Origin: Octopus bimaculoides
Lineage: Eukaryota
DNA length: 64,000 nt
Assembly: GCF_001194135.2 (NCBI RefSeq)
Contig: NC_068985.1
Coordinates: 35,832,082 to 35,896,081, forward strand
Direction: 5' to 3'
The position numbers and the translations under genes were made by a program. Below the pieces are notes generated by a model that saw only the letters and a list, made by a program, of their open reading frames with translations, did no database searches and was not told the DNA's origin. This document shows, in pieces, positions 12,001 to 25,900 of this stretch. Numbering within the stretch: position 1 is the first letter of the stretch; every line of letters starts with the position of its first letter.

Positions 12001-12048
12001 TGTAAGTGCATAGCAATATTATATGGTAGTGAAATATGGGCTGTGAAT

Positions 12049-12760
12049 TTAGTTGCCGGGTCTTCTCAATCACAGCGTATCTCCAAAGGTCCCGGTATCC
12101 TGTCATTGCCTCTGTGAGGCCCTATGTTCGAAGGTCAAGTTTCACCACCTCATCCCATGTCTTCCTGGGTCTACCTCTTCCACAAGTTCCTTCAACAGTT
12201 AGGGAGTGGCACTTCCTCACACAGCTGTCTTCATTCAGCGTGTGTGTGTGTGTATGACCAAATGCAAATGTGTTGAGAGGAAAATTGGTATAAGGTATCA
12301 GATGTAGTGTGCAAGAAAGAAAACTGCTGCTATGGTCATATGATGCATATGAATGAAGATAGTTGCATAAAAGAGTGCTGATCACTAATGTGCATGAAAC
12401 TCATGCAAGAGGGTGACTCAGGAAGACATGGGATGAAGTAGTAAAGACTGACCCCAGGTCGTTGAATCTGACGAAGGAGGTAACAAAAGACTGAGGTCCT
12501 AAAAGCATCTCATCAATGTCTATGCCCCAACATCCAATCTGTACCTGATTCTAGAATTCATCTTTATAACATCCATCCCTCCATCATTCTTCAAAGTGTG
12601 GCACTATTTCCTCAGCTGTTATTATGATATGAGAGCAAAACTGCAAATATTCCACCCCTCTTTGTGTGTTGCAAGTTATCCCTTGCCTTAGAACCACTTC
12701 ACATTCCTTCTTCACATTCCAACATCATCTCTTTCAACTTTATTTCCATTGAATGCTCTT
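12049..12760 (-). mobile_element. RTE-clade LINE 3' ORF fragments
   Basis: EDSCVRKCHSLTVEGTCGRGRPRKTWDEVVKLDLR, the RTE C-terminal GRPRKTW motif; near-identical copy at 14510-14700. Confidence 0.85.
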
Positions 12761-13074
12761 TTCTCCTGGACACTGTCTCATATCTGCTATCAATGTTTCT
12801 CCCTTTCTTTGTCATTATATCCACACTTACTCGTCTCTGACCTCCACCTCAGTCATTGTGCATATCTCCCCCACACTTCACATCTCCCTATTTCACATTT
12901 ATCTATAGTTTTATTTACTGTTGCTCTCCAACCCACTGATTTTTTATGTATGACCACTTATTTCCTTTACCCTGACCTTACTCCTATTTTCTACCCTTTC
13001 TCCTTTTCATGCTGGGGTAGCCACGTATCTCCTCTGTAATAAGACTATTCTTGTTCCTGTATTGTACTTTAGCC

Positions 13075-13333
13075 TCTCAACACCTGGCACAAAGTCACCT
13101 TCCTCAATACTGCACCCCCACTCTGTTAAGGGGCTCTTGTCTTGCAAGTTACTTCATAACTTTATGATGGAGGCATCATGAAAAAAGTACTCAGTACAAT
13201 CTGTAAAGCAGTTGGTATTACTGTCGAAACCTTGTCAAAGCAGACATTAGAGCCTGCTGCTACCCTCTGGCTTGTCAGATTGTCCAGCCCATGCTACCAT
13301 GGAAGACAGATGTTAAATGATGATGATGATGAT
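13075..13333 (+). mobile_element. SINE/LINE fragment with RTE-type 3' tail ending (GAT)n
   Basis: Ends ..cccatgctaccatggaagacagatgttaaatgatgatgatgat, the tail shared with other copies in the window; homologous to 22540-22805. Confidence 0.6.
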
Positions 13334-13340
13334 GTACATA

Positions 13341-13994
13341 TGAGGTGCATCCCAAAAGTATCTGACTTTATTTTTTCTCCACAAAACTAATGCTATGTGG
13401 GTAAAATGCTTTAGTTGGGAGGTGATGCCACCCTTCCTGTGCATGCATGAAAATGTTTGCACTGGTAGGCTGCGTTAGTACCTGGCTGTTTGTCAAGAGT
13501 ACAGACGTGTAGTGCACATTTATCAGATTTTCATATTCACGAAATGCATCGAGTAGAGATATTGCATCAAGTTTTGCCAAAAGCTTGGTGATACTGACAC
13601 TCAAACCGTCCAGAAGATTCAGCAGGCTTTTGGCAATGATGCCATGGGTAGAACTCAGATCAGGGAGTGGTACAAACACTTCATACATGGCTCCACAAGC
13701 CAAAACGAGTTGCTGGTTGAGGTTTGGCAAATAGTCATGGAAGATCATTATGTAACAATCGAGGAAATTGCTCATGAAGTGGGAATAAACACAGGATCAG
13801 TGCATTCCATTTTAACAGGATTTGTGCATGCAGAGAGTGTTGGCGAAATTCATCCCCGAGGTGCTGGTGGAGCAGCAGAAGCAACTCCATATGGAAACCA
13901 CTCAGGACCTGCTGGACTGTGCAAAGGATTTTACCCATGTGGCATTAGTTTTGAAAGGAAAAAGTAAAGTCAGATACTTTTTGAATGCACCTCC
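13341..13994 (+). mobile_element. Internally deleted mariner with TIRs
   Basis: TA target at 13339-13340; TIR TGAGGTGCATCCCAAAAGTATCTGACTTTA (13341-13370) mirrored at 13965-13994; transposase pieces GRTQIREWYKHF, VTIEEIAHEVGINTGSVHSIL, RVLAKFIPEVL. Confidence 0.9.
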
Positions 13995-14003
13995 TCTGCT
14001 TCA

Positions 14004-15180
14004 TCATTGATTAACATCCATTTTCCATGCTGGCATGGGTTGGATGGTTTGACTGAGGTCTGGAGAGCCAGTGGCTGCACCAGGCTCCAATTTGGTCTGG
14101 CAGATTTCTACAGCTGGATGCCTTCCTAATGCCAACCACTCCGAGAGTGTAGTGGGTGCTTTTTACATGCCACCAGCACAAGAGCCAATCAGGCAGGCCT
14201 GGCAATGATCACATTCAGATGGTGCTTTTTGCATGTCACCGGTACAGGAGCCAGTCAAAGGGTACTGGCATCAGTCACGATTGGTTGGTGCTTTTTACGT
14301 GCCACCGGCACAGGAGCCAATCAGGCAGACTTGGCATTGACCACGTTTGGATGGTGCTTATTACGTGCCATTGGCATGGGAGCCAATCAGGAGGCACTGG
14401 CTCCAGCTATAATATTGGTTTTACTTGACTCAACAGGTCTTCTCAAGCATATCATATTGCCTGACACATCAGGAATATTCTTAACAGAGTTAGACGCTGT
14501 GATCTCACATTAGTTGCCGGGTTTTCTCAATCACAGCGTATTTCCAAAGGTACCGGTTTCCTGTCATTGCCTTTGTGAGGCCCAATGTTTGAAGGTCATG
14601 CTTCACCACCTCATCCCATGTCTTCCTGGGTCTACCTTTTCCACAGGTTCCTTCTACAGTTAGGGAGTGGCACTTACTCACGCAGCTGTCTTCATGCATA
14701 TGTAACACATGACCATACCAGCGCAGTCACCTCTCTTGCACACCACATTTGATGCTTCTTATGCCCAACTTTTCTCTCAGAGTGCTTACACTCTGTCGTG
14801 TATGCACACTGGCATTACACATCCAGCGTATCATACTAGCATCATTTCTTTCAAGCCTATGCATCTCCTCAGTATTCATGGTCCATGTTGCACTGCCGTG
14901 TAGCATGGCAGTTCACACACATGCATCATACAGTCTACCTTTCACCCTGAGTGAGAGGCCCTTAGTTGCCAGCAGAGGTAGGAGCTCCCTGAACTTTGCC
15001 CAGGCTATTCTTACTCTAGTTGCTACACTCTCAGAGCAACCACCCCCACTACACACTTGGTCGCCTAGGTAGTAGAAGCTATTAACTACTTCTAGTTTCT
15101 TCCCCTGGTATGTGATGGAATCTGTTTTCTGTACATCTTCAGTGTTTATTGTCCCAGTGAATCTGTCACGTTGTTTTGTG
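14004..15180 (-). mobile_element. RTE LINE 3' end (ORF end plus sub-repeated 3' UTR)
   Basis: ORF end VEGTCGKGRPRKTWDEVVKHDL.. followed on the minus strand by the same 3' UTR seen on + at 34430-35128. Confidence 0.85.
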
Positions 15181-16689
15181 TATTGTTTGTGGGAGAATTT
15201 GATTTGCCAGATGCTCTTCCTAGTGTTAATCTCTCAGAATTGCTTGGATATACCACAATAACTCTGGGATTGAACTTTGGTCATGAGGTCAGTGGTCCAG
15301 TATTTTCTCCTTAGTCATTGTACCTGAAATTAAAATGATATTCAAATTATGTTATGTTTAACCCAATGAAACACAAGTTGAGAAATTAACTTTAAAAATG
15401 CTATACCATGTTGTAAATAGTATTGTGAAGTTAAGAATGATAAATTTTCTTTAGTTGAAAGTAACTTTAAAAGAAATTATATCTTTACTGTAAGTTATAT
15501 ATTGTGACCTCTACCACCACCGCTACATACACCTAATTTAACAGTACCCTACTCATTGAAGCTTAAATTCTATCCCTCCTCCATCTCAGGTAGTTCCTCA
15601 GCAATCTCTAAATTTTTTCACTGTGACATTTATAACTATGTAAAAGCTTCAATCTAGGATTTTCCCATTACTCTGGTTAAAAACCTCTATCTTCTCTAAA
15701 ATAATTTGCTATATTAATGAACTCTTAGTTTTAACAGTTACTTACAGCTTTTTAAACATATCACTTAATTAAAAATTTTCAGTTGTGGTTTTGCTGTTTA
15801 CTCCACTTGGCTTATTCTGTAGTAGCCATGCATATCCTTTTCGGTAATTTCATATAAATGTGGGACAGGCATGAAACCCTACATCTCAGATTTTCACCAA
15901 ATTTTGACCAGTTGTTCCTAAGAACAGAAAAAGTGCAAACTTTCAAGCCCCAACTCCCAATGGTTCAAAAGATATGACGATTTGAAATTTTGGCTCAAAT
16001 CATCCATTTTAGGCTGGTGGCAGCCATCTTGAATTTCAATGCCACAACAAATAATGTAATAACTTTCAATCCACATGGACTATTTTTCTGAAATTTGTAC
16101 CTGACCATTTTGTTTGGTGCTGAATCTAAATTTGAAGAGAAAAGAGTGTATTTCTCATGGTGAAGTGCTTGTTTTCTTGAATCAAAATGAAAACACTTCA
16201 CTGTTTTCCCCCAACACTGTTGTGTACTGAAAGCCAAATTCCCAGAAGTGCCCAAATCCTTTTAGGTTTAAAACGTTTTGCACATAAACTGGGCATCATC
16301 TTTTATTTGTGTATGAAAAATCTCAATGGTACGCTTTAGACATCAGAAGTTACAAACCACTATTTTCCAACCACTATCACAGGAAACACAGAAATCAGAG
16401 GAAATTGTCACTTCCTGTTTTCTTCAAATTCTGTTCCCACAATGGTAATGTCAGTACAGCTGATTCTGGTGTTGGTTTAAGTTGTGTTATTGTCACTTCA
16501 TCATGTGTAAACATTCATTTTGGACAGCATAATGTTTCCCTGTTATGAAATGGGAAGCCATATTTGTGATTTTAATAATTTTTCTTCAGTTTGTTTGTGT
16601 TTTGATCATCAAGGCATGATATTCAATTTAAGCAATGGACAACAACTGACAGAACTGAACTCGTCACTGTGTTACTGTCTGTTCAAGAA

Positions 16690-17720
16690 TTTATTGACCT
16701 TCTGACAGAAAAAATTGGCAAAATCACCTTGCATTCATTCATTGCTCGTGCTCAGTTAACTTATTTGAAATACCTCAAAGAAACCGATAGGGTCAAATGA
16801 GACCATAGTTTTAGTAGACTTCACTGAAAATTATTCATTTGTTGTGCAAGATAAAATCCAGGGATACCACTAGAATAAGATCCACTGCTCACTCCATCCT
16901 GTGGTTGTCTATTTTCGCAATCAAACTGTGCTTGACAATTCTTCCATTTGCATCATTGATGATGTGGATCATAATATTGGTTTTGTTCACAAGGTTCTGC
17001 AGGAGACAACCGGTCACATAAAGGCTGAATCCTACAATTGAAGTCATTCATTATTTTTCAGATGTTTGTACTGCTTGGTATAAGAATTGCAAGCATTTCC
17101 TCAATCTTTGTTATCACCTCACAGATTTTTCAATTAGCAGTGGGTGGAACTCTCTTGCCACCAGCCATGGTAAATCACTCTGTGATGGAATAAGAGGGAC
17201 TGTGAAAATATTGACAGCAAGAGCCAGCCTGCAGTGACCAACTGCTTCTCAAATTCTGTCTGCAAAACAGATGTTTGAATTCTGTGAAAGTTCAATTCAA
17301 GGAATCACGCAATGAACTCGCTGAAAGATTCGCTTTAACAAAACTATTCCAAGCAGCAGAAGTTATCACCAGTTTGCTCCAACTTCGGACCACACAATCA
17401 AGATAAAATGGGTGTCAGAGAGTATTACTTTTGAGTTTGACTTTCAGAGCAAACGCATTCATTGCAAACTTAATACAGGTGGTATCAAACTCTCTCTCAT
17501 TACCTTCTCTGCAGATATGATGAATGACATTGGGTTGGCATTGCTGTTCAGATATATTGGGAAGCAAATGATGTGAAGCTGAAATTCATGCATCCACACC
17601 TTCTAAATCATTCATTCAGCAGGCCAGCAAGAGATGATTTATGAGGGGTACCACTGACACATGGTTGCCAGAATTGAGTCACCTCAATTGTCTTATCACA
17701 GTCTGCTCAACAGTATCATA
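16690..17720 (+). mobile_element. Sola-like DDD transposase remnant
   Basis: Frameshifted VDFTENYSFVVQDKIQGYH*..LHPVVVYF; YFSDVCTAWYKNCKHFLNL; ATSHGKSLCDGIRGTVK..ARASLQ. Superfamily assignment from recalled motifs; termini not found. Confidence 0.65.
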
Positions 17721-18465
17721 TGACAAAAAAAATGACACTGATCAAGGATATACTTTCCATGTGAATGTTTGGCATTTTGTTGTTTACAAAAGGATTGTTG
17801 AGTCTTCTTTCAATTGAGTTTGAATTGAGGTATTTTTGATTTTGAATTGAGATATGGGAGTACAATCTTTTCATTCTTCAAGTGTGACACACTACTTTTC
17901 TGCCCATATTCTAGAAAGCAAGAGACATGCCCATGACTCACATGAAGCCACACTTTGATGAAATTTTTGACAAAAGGACACACTTATGTCAAATTTTCTC
18001 CCCAAAACCAGGAGATTTTGTTTTTCAAAAAAGGAAATTTTCCAAATTCCTTTGCTACTATATTGTTATCCTAAATTTTAAAATTTACTCTTTTTCAACT
18101 AGGTAAAATTACATTTTTGCTGACAAATGTGCACCCTTTTTAGAGTTTGACTTTTCATGGCTTGATTTGGGTGTATGTTGACTTTTTGGAGAAATAATTC
18201 TATCTATTGTGTGTAATTCATCCTCACGATGAGTGTTTGAGAATACAATGCACTTCAGAACTTTGTTCAACAAATCATGGAAACTGGCAAGTTTTGAATT
18301 TCCATTGATTGTACATGATTTCAAGATCCAATACTTGCCACAAGATGCTTTCATACTGCCTGAAAGTGAGTGTTGTTGCAACACTAGGCTCAAGATTTCA
18401 GACCAACTTTCAGGGCGCTGAATTGAAATAACCAAATGATAAGTTATTGAATCAAACAAACCCAC

Positions 18466-18499
<34 letters not shown>

Positions 18500-18713
18500 T
18501 CTTTCTACTAGAAGCACAAGGCCTCAAATTTTGGGGAAGGGATTAAGTCGATTACATCGACCCCAGTATGTAACTGGTACTAATTTTATCAACCTTGAAA
18601 GGATGAACGGCAAAGTTGACCTCAGTGGAATTCGAACTCAAAACCTAATGGCAGACGAAATACCACTAAGCATTTTGCCTGGCATGCTAACAATTCTGCC
18701 AGCTCACTGCCTT
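18500..18713 (-). mobile_element. tRNA-derived SINE with Meta-domain-like core, flanked by (AAT)n
   Basis: Minus strand: A-box-like TGGCAGAATTG, B-box GAGTTCGAATTCC, core ..ACTTTGCCGTTCATCCTTTCAAGGTTGATAAAATTAGTACCAG..; further copies at 56090-57270. Confidence 0.8.
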
Positions 18714-18729
18714 TAATAATAATAATAAC

Positions 18730-21390
18730 AATAAAAAGAACAAACTTAAATGGATTTTCAAAGCCAACACAAATTAAATATAACCTGTTCAAAAAAGGAG
18801 TCGGAAGGAGTTGAAATTTATTCTTACTTTTTAATAACTTATTCATTAACTCATATATACATTTCATAAACTGTTTCCGTTCTATCCACAACTCAGCACA
18901 TTTGTATGCATAGCTATCCCAATTCTATGTATAACCTAATTATCCACTTGATGTCAATAAAATAAAACTTAAACCATTATTACTCCCCTCTTCACCCCCG
19001 TACCTTTTAAAAACAATTTTTTTTGTTTATCTTCTAGAAATGAATAATGTTTGTACTTTGGTTTAGTTCCACATCCAAACCATTCCACAATTTCACCCCA
19101 TTGATTGAAATATATCTCCTCTTAATGGTATGAACACAAGGTTTTTTCTTTAGACTAAAGTTTCCTCTCAAATTACCATGCCATCTTGTCTTGCATGGAA
19201 GAGTCGATGGTGTTGACTGCATAGTAATATTGGTGAAGGAGAAGTTTGATTTTGTTGAGCCTTTCTCTCTTGTTTGATTTCTTCCTTTTCTCTTATGGTG
19301 GCTTTGAAGTTTTTGGTTCTAATGGTGATGGAACCCAACCAGTTGGTATGATCTTGGGCTTGTGGCTTTCAGTGTTGTTTTGAGTTGATCTTTGTATCTT
19401 CAAGAGGGCAATCCCATGATATTTTCTCTGAAGAGAGCTCACAGGATAAGACTTGTCGTGGGAACCTTGATTCTTCCATTCTTGTTACATGTTCCGACCA
19501 TTCAGTGCTTTGACTGTTGGCTCTTTCCAGGACTTAGTTGTTGGTCACATAATATTCCCGTCTAATGTTCAAGACTGAACAAAACTTTTGCTAGTGAATG
19601 TGTTCCAATTTAGTTTCTGCCAATTAATAAGACATAAACTCAAAATCATGTAGCCAAACAGTTTTACATCTTCTATGAGTAGAATCAAATGAAACTGCAC
19701 CTGCTAAAGCATGCTCACTTGTTCAAAGGGAAGGTTTCCTGTAGATTTTGGATCACATCCAGAAATTAATTTTATATATACTCTTTCTGTATTGATATTA
19801 TTTATCATTACTTGTACTTGAGTGTTTATTTTACTATTTCTAAGCTACATAATCATTGTTTTGTTCAAATTTAATGTTAATTTGTTTATGTCAAACCACC
19901 ATTTCAGTTTTCTCACTTCAGTTGTGACTATCTTCAGAAGTTGATGTAAATTTTTCCCAGACAAAACACATTTTTGTCATTTGCAAATAGAACAAATTTC
20001 AGTATATTTGATACTCTACATATATTATTTACAAGCAAAATGAACCATTTTGATCCTAATACTGACCTATGAATTACTCTACTAATAATATTTATGCATC
20101 TTCATTTACACTCACCCACCTATACAAATTTTTACCTGATTATTAAATATCTTTTCAACCAATTAAACGCAACCTGTATGATACCATATCTTCCAATTTA
20201 TGAAGTGATATATTGTCATTAATGATGTCAATATATCTTCTTAGATTTTTAAATACTGCTATTCTGTACTTTTTGATCTATACAATTAATAATTTCTTTG
20301 ATTAATTTGATTAGCACTAAAGAAGTTGATCTAAACATTCTGGATGTATACTGACAGATCATAGTTTGTGATTCTCAATGACTTTATCTTGACTTTTTCC
20401 AATATCTTAGAGATTTAAAGGGGAAAAAAACCTCTATTATTTGTAAAATGGTGTTTATTCCTAGTTTTGTGTGATGCCATGGCTTTTGCAGTTTTCATTT
20501 TGCTTGGAAATCTACCAGTTTGAAGGACAAGTTTGTAATTTTGTAAATCCTTCAATGACTTTCTAAACTGTTGTCAAATAAGTTTAATTCAACTCAATAA
20601 AATTTTTGTTCTTACATTTGCTACACTGTCCCTGATGTCCTTTTCTTCTAGTGCTCTAAAACAAATTATACATACAGAAACAATTCTTTATGTGCTTTTG
20701 TAAACTTTGATAGTTCTGTCAAGAGCACCGGATAACTGTGCTCTTTACCAAATATCATTTTATCTTCAACAGCCACAACAAATTCTCTTGTCTGTTTATA
20801 GCAGGTAGTCTGCTTCCACATATGTATACTGTTTTATCTCAAAAATTAAATTCACTGGTTCATGTGACATTTTCTAAGCAAAGTTCCTACATGCAGAGTA
20901 TGGATCATGCCGAGCATTTGAATGGGCAATTTTATTTGTGTACGTTTTATCAGAAAAGAAAACAGACTGAATGATTATAACTTCTTCATCTTTGGAATCC
21001 TTCAAATTTTTAATCATCCATTTCTGTTTGTTTTTATACACCCACTCAGTTGCTATCAGCAAAAATCTTCAACCATGACAAATACATGTCATTCACTTTT
21101 CATGAAAAATCTTTAATTAAGGGAGTCCTAGATCTGGATGTTAGGATTACCAATCTCTGTAGCCACAGTTTCAAGAAAATTTCAGTTTAATTTCAGAATC
21201 ATATGTTATTTTGCTTCTGATCAAAAATAAAACCCAAATGTTACCTTTTCAAAAGTAGTTCTCTCCTTTCAGTTAAAGATTTCTGTCACCAAATCCAGAC
21301 AATTATTATATTGAATGGCTAATTTCCAATCTCCAAATTGCCAGTGTTCTTTGTCTTTGTTTTTGCTATTACTTTTTAATAACCTGTTCC
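18730..21390 (-). mobile_element. L2/Crack-group LINE, heavily decayed
   Basis: TGRFPSKMKTAK; LHKLE..; SVLGSKWFILLVNNICRVSNILKFVLFANDKNV (RT motifs 4-5 region); C-terminal YISINGVKLWNGLDVEL. Confidence 0.8.
19225..19565 (-). mobile_element. BovB-like RTE 3' fragment nested in the L2/Crack element
   Basis: WSEHVTRMEESRFPRQVLSCEL..RYKDQLKTTLK matches the RTE-BovB C-terminal region. Confidence 0.6.
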
Positions 21391-21403
21391 GTATTTGTCT
21401 ACA

Positions 21404-21456
<53 letters not shown>

Positions 21457-21550
21457 ATGTGAACCAATTTTAGTTAATCAAAGCAAGATATTTATAATTG
21501 GGAATGAGTGCTGACTCAGCAGATATTTGGTTGTAGGAGTTTATATATCT

Positions 21551-22048
<498 letters not shown>

Positions 22049-22539
22049 CTTGTCTATGAGAATACTCAAATAAGAATGAATCTCAAATACCACAAAAAAA
22101 AAATCATAGAATATCTACTACCAGTTACCTAGTAGCTGATGTTGAACTGAAAACAGTTGCTCTTTAGCCACACAATATATAGCAGTTGTGGACACCATGA
22201 ATCACTTGTATATAAATTGACCAGAAACAGACAAAGGAAAGAAACTATTATTGTATATATATCACCAATAAATAATACTTGTCTTAGCAAGGTAAAAAAA
22301 ATACCTTCAGAGTAGTCTACAGAAGGAATGTAATAAATTGGGTAATTTATACATGCCCTCAGATATATAGTAGATAAACATGTATGAACCTAGGTAATAC
22401 ATGTAATGGAGAGTATGTTTTTATGCCTATCTGTGTAAGTATGTGTGTGAATAATAGGAGAAGCTATGTGCTACACTATAATAAGAAACCATTTCTCTTC
22501 TGACCCCTTTTTTCATATTTAAATCCCTCATGATAAAGC

Positions 22540-22803
22540 CACTCCCCTCTCCTGTCGCCCCACTCAGATGAATGAGATCTTAGTCTTGCAAGCTGCATTG
22601 CAACCTTTGAAGGGCTGATAAATACCATGCCAAAAAAGCACTTATTACATGCTGTAAAATGGTTGGCATTAAGAAGGGCATTCAACTGTAGAAACCATGC
22701 TAAAGCAGACATTGGAGCATGATGCAGTCTTTGATTCTGTCAGATCCTGTCAAACCATTCAACCCATGTGAGCATGGAACATGAATGTTAATTGCTGCTG
22801 CTG

Positions 22804-22805
<2 letters not shown>
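22540..22805 (+). mobile_element. SINE/LINE fragment with RTE-type 3' tail
   Basis: tggttggcattaagaagggcattcaactgtagaaacc..caacccatgtgagcatgg; same tail family as 13075-13333. Confidence 0.65.
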
Positions 22806-22867
<62 letters not shown>

Positions 22868-22994
22868 CACATGTACATACATATGCTTGTGTGTGATCAT
22901 AATTGCTGTATTTAGTCTCACTTTATGTTAAAGAAACTGTCATCTTTGCCCTACTTTTCTGATATGCTATCACATAAATAGTTCTGGGTATGAC

Positions 22995-25900
22995 AATAAA
23001 CTGCAGCTGGTGGTGAGGCTCCAATTCACGAGTTCTGAGTTTCTCGGGAGAATAGAGTTACCCTTTAGTCACCATTACTCTAGGTCTGCTCTGACCCAGG
23101 GTGGTAGGACCCATCAGAGTTCCATCTATGGGTTAAATAGGCTTAGTGGCAAAGCGTACTGAACAGACTTGATGTGCCAAGGCCCTCAGTCCATGGACAT
23201 GTTGTGTAGCATCCAGTAGTCACCATTTCCCAGCCTGGGTAACTGCCCCTGTGCTTTTGATGAAGGTTTTTGAGCCAGAGGCTAGGAGAAGGAAGCTCTG
23301 ATGTGAAACCTTTGACCTGAGGACCCCGCTGTCACTATCCTAGCTTGCTGGGCCATGGCAAATAAACCCTGGGTGTAAAGGGTTGGGCCAGTTCAGTGCA
23401 CACTGCTCTTCACCTAAATATTTCACTGCACAGGCTTGAAGGACACAGCCACAACCACCAATTATTCTAAGTCCTGTAGCAATGGGAAAAAGGTGTAGAC
23501 GGCAAGTGGAAGACAACACTGGAAGCTATAGTCCTAGTCTTGCATGTAGGTGGTTCAGGATATTGGTCATCTGATGTTGACCTGGTGATCACAACATTGT
23601 TCTGCACGCCTTGAATGACCAAGCTGCCTTCTAGGGACAGCACTGTTTACTCCATCTGGAGAGGGGCCTAGAAAAGATGGCCTAAACAAAGCTTGTCTCC
23701 TGCAATCCCCAGTGGCAAACTGCAGTCAACAGGCATCCTCTCTTGTGGTCGAACAACATCAAGGACAAAGTGATGCACACCCACCTGCAAAGGTATGAAA
23801 GGACTTAACATTACATGTTGGAACATCAGAACAATGCTAGACACAGCTGATAGCAGTCATCCAGAACATCATTTCACATTGCATATGAAGTGTCAAGATG
23901 TTGGCATTGCTGCTCTCAATGAAGTCTACTATCTAGAGGGAGGTAGCCTAAAGAGCATGGCACTGGATATGCCTTCTCCTGGTCAGACATACCAGCAACA
24001 ACAGAGAGATACTTTTTGGGTGCAAACTTCATGATCAGAAACTTGTCACTTCCAAGTTTGAAAACTTGTCAACAGGTCAATCTGATTGTGTTGTTCTCTG
24101 TTTGCCTCCTACGGAGTAATCAGCAATATGCCATGTTCTTCATTATGCACTCCCTAACTTTTCAAGCAGATCCTGCAGAAAAGGATAAGTTTTACTCTAA
24201 TCTGTGCAGTTTTCTACAAGGTAATCCTGCAGACAAGGTCATAATCCTTGGTGATTTCAACTCCAGAATGGGCTGAGATTCAGTAACCTGGAAAGGATTA
24301 CTTTGGAGACATGGTGTTGGCAACTGCAACAGTAATGGGCATTTACTGTTGGAGTTCTGCACAGAACACCAACTTGTCATCACAAACACTGTCTTCCAGC
24401 AGAAAGACAGTTTGAAAACAACCTGGATGCATTCTTGGTACAAACATTAACACCTCATTGATTATATTTTAGTGCGCCCTCATGATATGAAAGATGTCTT
24501 GCATACCTGAGTGATGACCAGTGTAGAATGTTACCCCAACCATTGCCTTGTTCACTGCAAACTCAAGCTCCACTTTAAACCCAAACCAAAGAAAGGATGA
24601 GCCCTCAAGAAAAAGTTAAAGGTTAGCAGTCTTCAGTCAACTGAAGTGAAAGCAAAATTTTTGGCAGCTCTACAGTTGAAGCTTGAAAATGCAAATGTCC
24701 TCACTGATTCCTTTGCTGAAACACTTTGGGAACAACATGAAACTGTCATTCTGCAGACATTTTGGGAAGTCTTTGGATTCACTTCAAGGAAAAACAAAGA
24801 CTGGTTTGATGAAAACAGTGAGGACATTTGAGTATTGCTGGTGAAGAGAGTCACACATCAGGCCCACTTAACTCAGTTATCTTACCCTGAGAAGAAAGCT
24901 GCATTTTATCTTGTATGCAGTAACCTCCAGCACAAGCTTCAAAAGGTCCAAAACAAGTGGTGGACTAATCTTACTGAGGGAAGTCAGCTGTGTGCTGACA
25001 CTGGAGACATCATGGGCTTCTATGAAACCTTAAAGGTGGTGTATGGTTCTTCACATCAGGTCCAGAGTAAAACATAGTGTAGAGGCCAGGCACTCCTTGC
25101 AGACAGAACATTTCCAGGCCTTCTTCAGTGCTAACTGCACTGTCCAGGAATCAGCAATTCTTTGTTTTCCCCAACAATTAGTAAAAGCAAAATTAGGTGA
25201 GTTGCCCACCATTGAAGAGTTCACCAAGCAGCTGAAGAATGGAAAAGCTGTAGGAAGTGATGGAATCCCACCAGAGATTTGGAAGCATGGGGGTCCAGTG
25301 TTACATACAAAACTTCACAAGCTCTTTGTCTGTAGCTGCATGCAGGGCAAACTACCACAAGTCTCCACAATGTAATTATCTCACTCTGTATAAGAACAAA
25401 GGGGAAAAGTCAGGCTGCTCTAATTACTGAGCGATTACTCTGCTCTCCTCCACAGGAAAAATCAGCACAAGGATTTTGTTGAACAGACTGGTATCCACCA
25501 TCACTGAAGAAAACCATCCAGAGAGCCAGTGTGGCTTCAGAGTCAACAGGTACACCACAGATGTGGTATTTATTCTCAGGCAGCTCCAAGAAAAGTGCCA
25601 GGAGCAAAACAAATGGTTGTATGTAACATACGTTCACCTGACTAAAATATTTGACATAGTGAGTAAGAAAGGAATGTGAAAAGATCATGGAATGACTTGG
25701 CTGTCCTTCAAACTTCCTGAATATGGTCATCCAACTGCATGAAGATCACTGTGGTCAAGTCAGACTCAGCAGTGACTGTTCAGAGCCCTCCCAATCACCA
25801 ATGGAGTGAAGCAGGGTTGTATACTGGCACCAACTCTTTTCGCCATCTTCTTCAGCATGATGCTCAAGCTGGTCACAAAAGATTTTGCTGATGAAGTTGG

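Noticed and set aside
18109-18465. 118-aa minus-strand ORF
   Set aside because: No recognisable motif or splice context; lies between TE remnants.
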